In this document: positions 58,203-64,000 of the stretch, in pieces
Numbering within the stretch: position 1 is the stretch's first letter
How the letters are laid out: every line of letters starts with the position of its first letter
DNA from: Bigelowiella natans CCMP2755
Taxonomy: Eukaryota; Protista; Cercozoa
Direction: 5' to 3'
Assembly (NCBI GenBank): GCA_000320545.1
Contig: ADNK01000314.1
Location: 52,951 to 116,950, forward strand
DNA length: 64,000 bases
Position numbers and translations under genes: made by a program
Notes under the pieces: generated by a model
Told to the model about the DNA's origin: nothing
Seen by the model: the letters and a program-made list of their open reading frames with translations, nothing else
The model's database searches: none

Positions 58203-59791
58203 CGTGTGTATAGACAGGTGACATCCTCTCCCGCCCCCCCCCACGAGCGATAGCACCGCCAGCACCACCTGTCTGATAATGACGTGTTGCTTCCCTTCTC
58301 ACTGTCTCCAGCCCGTACCACTTTCCAAAGATCTTGCAGAGATGTTGCGGGCGTATCTTGGTGGAATTCCTTTTTTTGGGGGGGGGGGGGGGAGCGCGGG
58401 ATAGACCGAAGAATATTATATATATATATATATATATTATTTATCTGAACTGCTCTCCCTACACAACAACCACATCTACTGCTACCACTTCTTCTCCTCC
58501 TCTTCCTCCTCCCCTCCTACTACTATTCACTGCAGATAGCTAATGATAACGTCGATAATATTATGTACAGTGATGGGAAGAGGATGAGGAGGTTTTACAA
58601 AACTGCAATGATCACTTCTGCTCCCTTTCAGTGCGAATATATGAAGCCCCCACCAGCCCAACAACCCAAAGCAACATAGCAATGCTGCAGCTCATCATCA
58701 TACGTTAGCTAGTTAAATCAACGAACTATAGTCTTCCATTCTTGCTTTGGCAAAGGCTGCTGCCCCACCATCGTCCTTATCTCGTCATCTGCTACCGGGA
58801 GCTCCGCCCTACCGTCCCTCCACTAAACACGATCGATGATTTGTGGCCACATTGAGGATGATGGTGGTGGTGATGATGATGATGATGATGATCATCATCA
58901 TCATCATCGTAGACCAGGACGACAACAGAGAGGGCGAGGAAGAGGAGAGAGCGTGAGGAAGATCGCGAGTTCATTAATTACATGCAAATTCGCCTTCGCA
59001 AGTAAGTCAATCGACACATGACGAGCAATCTGTTTCTGTATTCTCTTCGTCTTGTTCTTCTTCTTTTCTTCTTCGTTCCCGCCTTATTCATCTCATACAA
59101 CAAACCTGCTTCGCCTCTTGCCTCCAAGAGGCTGCGGCCGTCTTTGAAGCCCGTTTATCCTTCGGAAAACAAACCAACAAGCAGCACACTCAGATATACA
59201 CGCACGTACAGCTACAAATATGAGGCCTGCATTGGCCAAGGAACAACAAGTTGCCACAGACATGCGGGGAACAACGACTTCATCTCCCCATTTTATCCAT
59301 TGGGTCACGTCGTGGAGATTGACAAAAAGTACTTGCAATAAACCGCAGCCCCCGAGAAGGCGGGCAGTTGCCATAGTGGCGTTTCTACACAGAGGCCACC
59401 TGCCCAGGCACCAGAACTATTGTTTTTGGCAATGTGCTAAGTGCTGCGCCCACTACCTCTTCTGTGAGGGGATCGAACTCGTACTTTGATTTGTCAACCA
59501 TCTGATGCTGTGTTAGTAGTTGCGGCACATGATGAGCAGGGAAACAATCACGAGAGAAAGTCATTTCTGGCGAACAAGAAGCTACTATCACACAGGCCAT
59601 CCACTCACTGCTTTGGTGAGATTAGCGATTTCCGCCTCCTCGTCATCATAGTTATACCTGGTTTGATAAGGTCGGAATTAGAATTTATGAAAGGGGTAAA
59701 GATGATCTTTTTGGAGTATGGTGTGTCATATGGCGGAATGCCTTCTTCCCCGCTCCTCTTCCAACCACAAATGTTAATTTGCGGACGAGTC

Positions 59792-59828
<37 letters not shown>

Positions 59829-60301
59829 TGTAGAAGAAGAAGTAGTAGTAGTAGAAGTAGCAGTAGAAGTAGTAGCAGTAGTAGCAGTAGTAGTAGTGGT
59901 AGTACACGTCGGAGTCCTTCTCGTCGTAGAGCGCTACAGTAGATTATAGAGAACACGGCAATGGAGATATCAAAGAACACGGCAATGGAGATATCAAAAT
60001 CGATCTCTCAGACTTGAAGATGCACAATGTATTGACAGGACTTGTGATATGGAAGTTGTTTTTCTTTCGAGTGAAACTAATTTCTCCTCCTCTCCTCCTC
60101 GTTACTACTTCTTATACCATTACTACAACTACTACTAGTAGCAGTACTCCTGTTGCTACTACCATCTTTTCCGGGACCGAAGATCATCTTCTTGCTGGCT
60201 ACTTGGGGTAGATGGCTCTGGAACATTCTGAATAATTCGTAAAAAACAATGGGGTATATTAAAACACACACGCGCGCGCGCGCGCGCACACACACACACA
60301 C

Positions 60302-60341
<40 letters not shown>

Positions 60342-60814
60342 GCACTACACGAACAGCAGAGGGAATAAGGATTTTGCCAATCATCATCATCATCATCATC
60401 ATCATCCCGTAGTCGCCGAATCTACCACCTGACATTCAAGCTGTTGGTCTCGAGCTCCAACCCTCCCTGCAAGTGTCAATTATCGTTTTCTGTGAAGTAT
60501 ACGTGGGTGGCAGAAATATTCATGTGCGCTTACCTCCTTCCTCAGGTCTGCTCCGAAATTAGGGAGTCGGATCTGTAGGGCATATCAGCGTGAATCAGCG
60601 GGGCAAAAAAAACTACTGCTACGAAGCAAGACGACGGGAGTAGTACATGTTCCATGAGAGGCTCTCCTAGTAGCGCTGCTGTCTGCACTCGCTTTGGTAT
60701 GCAAGGCAACCCCCCTGCTCTTCCGCCTCCTCTCATCCGTAGGACGAGGAGGGCAGTGCAGGCCCAAAGCAGAAACCTGCTCACAGCGCCCCCGCGGAGC
60801 TTTCTTTGGACCAT
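51737..60814 (-). CDS. Large orphan protein with many short exons; N-terminal hydrophobic signal followed by LRMRGG
   Basis: MVQRKLRGGAVSRFLLWACTALLVLRMRGGG... Exons with canonical flanks include IRLPNFGADLRKE, YNYDDEEAEIANLTKA, MVDKSKYEFDPLTEE, WRDGRAELPVADDEIRTMVGQQPLPKQEWKTI, VLADSREYWMDNSAHVDKPVD, ESRLRALETPEHWNSPSGKASIEA. Last exon is in ORF 51737..51958. A single gene is inferred, not proven. Confidence 0.5.
59950..59997 (+). repeat. 24-bp perfect tandem duplication (intronic)
   Basis: agaacacggcaatggagatatcaa x2. Confidence 0.95.
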
Positions 60815-61338
60815 TTGTCGACGCGTGTAGCTTGCGGAAGCAAGGATGCAGCGTCAATGTTCCCCAACCCGATCTTGTTGGTTGAATTGTCAAAGCATGC
60901 CGCCACTTTGGCAACGCTCCGGTCAAGCATCCGCCATTCTACGGTAGAATCAATCTTGGGGTTTGTGGCATTCAATCTCTCCTCAGCGTCGAAGGGGGGA
61001 GAGTCGAACAATATCAAGAGGATTTTTTACGAAGTTTTACGCTATAATAATTGCCGTGTTTTCCCGTCCTGAGTCGGTCTGGAGAAATGCTTAGTAAATT
61101 CGAAAATACGAAGTTCTCCCACGAAGTTTTGGGCTGTAATAAGTACCGTGTGCATTTACAGACTTGATGAAGAGAAACATACGCAATTTCCCATCCTCGA
61201 ATTATTACGAATTCGCCATAATGAGATGAAAAAGTAGTAAATATGCGAGGAATCACCTCCATCTTTATATAGAATTGATCATAAATGCGAGCTCAAATTC
61301 TGAAACATCCTTTTTTAGTTGCTCTTGCTCTTTCGGGT
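60815..61338. promoter_or_regulatory. Putative bidirectional promoter, LRMRGG orphan / GLT1D1
   Basis: About 525 bp, with an AT-rich core rich in TCGAA/AATT, between divergent ATGs. Confidence 0.55.
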
Positions 61339-62347
61339 ATGGAGCCCGTCCCTGTGATCCTCCTGTCCCCCACCATCACCGGAACTGGAAACCATACTAC
61401 CTGCCAGCGCATTGCCGAGGCCCTTCAGAACCTGACGTGAGTGCTTCGCAATTGGCCGCTCTACATTGCGCGTGTTGAATCTATGCTGCTGAGTCTAATC
61501 ACCTTTGCACTGTCGCATGCAGCTCCTACCCAGAAAGCAAGAAACTGGAAAAGAAAGATCCTCCGGCGAGAAGGGAGATTATTGTGATACCAGCGCTTGA
61601 TCCTGATGCGGGGATTCACGTTGAAAGGGTGATTTCCCAGAAGAAGGTAATGTTCCTAGTCACCTTCTCTGCTCCCTATCTTCTCAACTCTCACTGGATA
61701 AGATAACGTGTAGGTGGCATGCATATTTGGAATTCATGCTCTCAAGGTATGTGTTTGTGTGTGTGTATGTGTGTGAAGATGCTAGTGGAAGTGAATATGT
61801 AATGTGCTCACCTGCACTCTCCTACCCCCCCCCCCCCCCTCTCTCTCTCTATTACGCACACACGCGATACACACTACACACATATGCCACACGCGTGTGT
61901 ATTATATGTCTACGTATTGTAAAAGCTTAAGCAAAATGTACGACTATTCCAGTCCGGGAGGCATTTGGTGAACATACAGAAGAACATCCCCTACGCCATC
62001 ATTCTCGGTGGAACCGACATCAATGAGGTCCAAATTCGAACGGATAATATCGGAAAGACACTTTTTACTGATCCAATTCTTCTCAGGCGTTCTCTTTAAA
62101 TATAAATATGTGTGTGTGTGTGTTGTATATGTGTGCGAACATCATCCTAGCGGTGACCATGCTTTTCGTCGTTCCATCGTCGCCGCAGTGTTGTGCCTTC
62201 ATCACCCTCTCCATTCTTACATCTCGACAGTACGAATCTCTCCCTGAGAACAGCCAGGCGATAGTCGTCGAGTGCCTGCGTGGAGCGAGGTAGATATCTC
62301 GGATCAAAACATGCAGTCTGTTTCATGACGAACCAATAGAGCCCACT

Positions 62348-62380
<33 letters not shown>

Positions 62381-64000
62381 TGATACTGAATGCCGATAAC
62401 GATTCACCATTAGTGCGGTCGTCGCATTTTCCGAGGAGCTCAAAGCTGCAGCAGAGCTGATATGCCTCCCCACTACCCTTCGCACCGTGGTCGTCATCCC
62501 GCAAGCGGTGGACATACAAGGCACGCGGGATGTGGGTCTTGCTGCCGCTAAAACGTGCCTCCTCTCGCAGATCTCGCACTCTCCTCCTCTCGCGACAACC
62601 AAAGGAGGCTGGAGCAAACCATGCGGAATGTCTTCTACTGCTGTAGGCAAAGCTACTAACATCGTAACTTCTTCTGGAGAGCAAGGAGAGGAAAAGGGGA
62701 CTAGACGAAACGGGAGAAGAGGGGCGGAGAATGACAGCGGCAGCAGCAGTAGCGATTTCATCAGCACTAGGGAAAAAGCGATTGATAAGACCGGGGGGGG
62801 TGGATTATTCCATGGTGATACGCAAAGCAAGGACGGAGAAGAAAAAAGAAAAATAGAAGAGGCCTCTTATGAGGACAGCCGTGGCGGTATCGACGGCGGA
62901 GACGACGATCATCCTGAAGAATGGATGAGCAGACATGTCTTCCTCTTGCCTGCAAGTATACGCCAAGTGAAGGCAATACAAGCACATACAACGCAACACT
63001 CGCACGCATACACATTGCGGGCGCTTCTAAGATCAGTATCATCATCATAATCATCATTATCATCATCATCATCATCATCATCCTGAAGGTATTGTTCTAT
63101 TGCAGGACCCGATGTACCTCGTGCGTGCTTTCAAGCTGTGGAGCGAGGAAAATCCAAGCGTGCATCTGGTCATCGTGGGTGCCGCTCTCGACAAACACAT
63201 GCTCGCCTCTCTCCAGGACGAAATCAAGGATTCGCCGAACATAACGTAATCGAGCCAGCAATAACACCGACAGCTTCATTGGGGGGGGGGGGGGGGGGCA
63301 ATAGTGCGATGGTGAGGTGAAATTCTTGCGAAGAAATTCTTTTCTCCGTAATGAATCATCATTCGTCAGCAATGCTGTCGCCACCTCGGGTTGTTTCCTG
63401 ATGGGTCATCATTTCTTGCACATGACGCGCGCGCGCGCGTGTGTGTGTGTGTGTCTGTGTGTGTGTGTGTGTGTGTCGATAGATACGATGGCCTGGTGTC
63501 GAGAAGAGACGTGCTGGGGATGATCAGCCACCCATCATGTGCGGGGCTTTTAAACACATCCAAGTCGGAGGGAATGAGCGGCGTCATCCTAGAAGCGATG
63601 GCCCTTGTGAGTGAACGCAATGATGCGCGAGGAAGAGAACGGGAGAGGGAGGGGTGGGAGGGGAGAGAGAACGAAGAGTAAGTAGGAATGTAAACTTGTT
63701 AATATATCCCAAGATCATAGGCTGCTGCTCTCTCTCCACTCACCACGATTGGGGATCATGTCCCTCTTTCTCCTCCCCCTCCTCCACAACAGGCCAAGAG
63801 CCCTGGCATTGCAAGGGCAATACCAGGGAATCTGGCTTTGATCGAGCACAATGTCACAGGGATATGTGTTCGAGGACCCCGAGTCCTTCCTCGGGAATAA
63901 GTATTATTAGTAGTAACCTATAGCTCTTGGGCTGCATCGTGTCAGATTTCTCCCAACTTAGGGATTGCGACGATATCACGCCGAACTGCTGAAATATTCT
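61339..64000 (+). CDS. GLT1D1: GT-B (GT4-like) glycosyltransferase, GLT1D1 family; 3' end likely beyond window
   Basis: MEPVPVILLSPTITGTGNHTTCQRIAEAL; GIHALK|SGRHL..IPYAIILGGTDINE; VVAFSEELK; HVFLLPASIRQVK|DPMYLV; LLNTSKSEGMSGVILEAMAL; ARAIPGNLALIEHNVTG. These are collinear with GLT1D1 motifs as I recall them. Confidence 0.85.

Noticed and set aside
59950-59997. Direct repeats as a CRISPR-like array
   Set aside because: Only two adjacent copies with no spacers, in a eukaryotic intron.

Overview
Eukaryotic nuclear DNA: intron-dense, standard genetic code, GT-AG introns plus some GC-AG, and most introns filled with microsatellites. It is probably from a protist or alga; a chlorarachniophyte-like host is a guess from intron style and presequences. 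Most ORF-track entries are repeat artefacts, so I assembled genes by hand from splice sites. I find 13 protein-coding genes: (1) a large + gene with an apparently inactive PDI-like module and a PHTF-like membrane C-terminus; (2) an orphan membrane protein with many micro-exons; (3) an intronless SMYD-type SET/MYND protein; (4) an ARM-repeat protein; (5) a small N-myristoylated protein; (6) a small orphan; (7) an EF-hand/coiled-coil protein; (8) a JmjC oxygenase with a hydrophobic N-terminus; (9) GalE; (10) a DCC1/DUF393 oxidoreductase; (11) RNA Pol III subunit RPC5; (12) an orphan with a ubiquitin-tail-like LVLRMRGG presequence; (13) a GLT1D1-like glycosyltransferase. The most striking feature is architectural. 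All 13 genes alternate strand perfectly (+-+-+-+-+-+-+), with short head-to-head promoters. Each tail-to-tail junction has a spacer rich in CATG/CTAG/TGCA palindromes, and two share the 12-bp palindrome CATGCTAGCATG. No rRNA, tRNA, CRISPR, transposase or viral gene was recognised. Exon models for the orphan genes are approximate.
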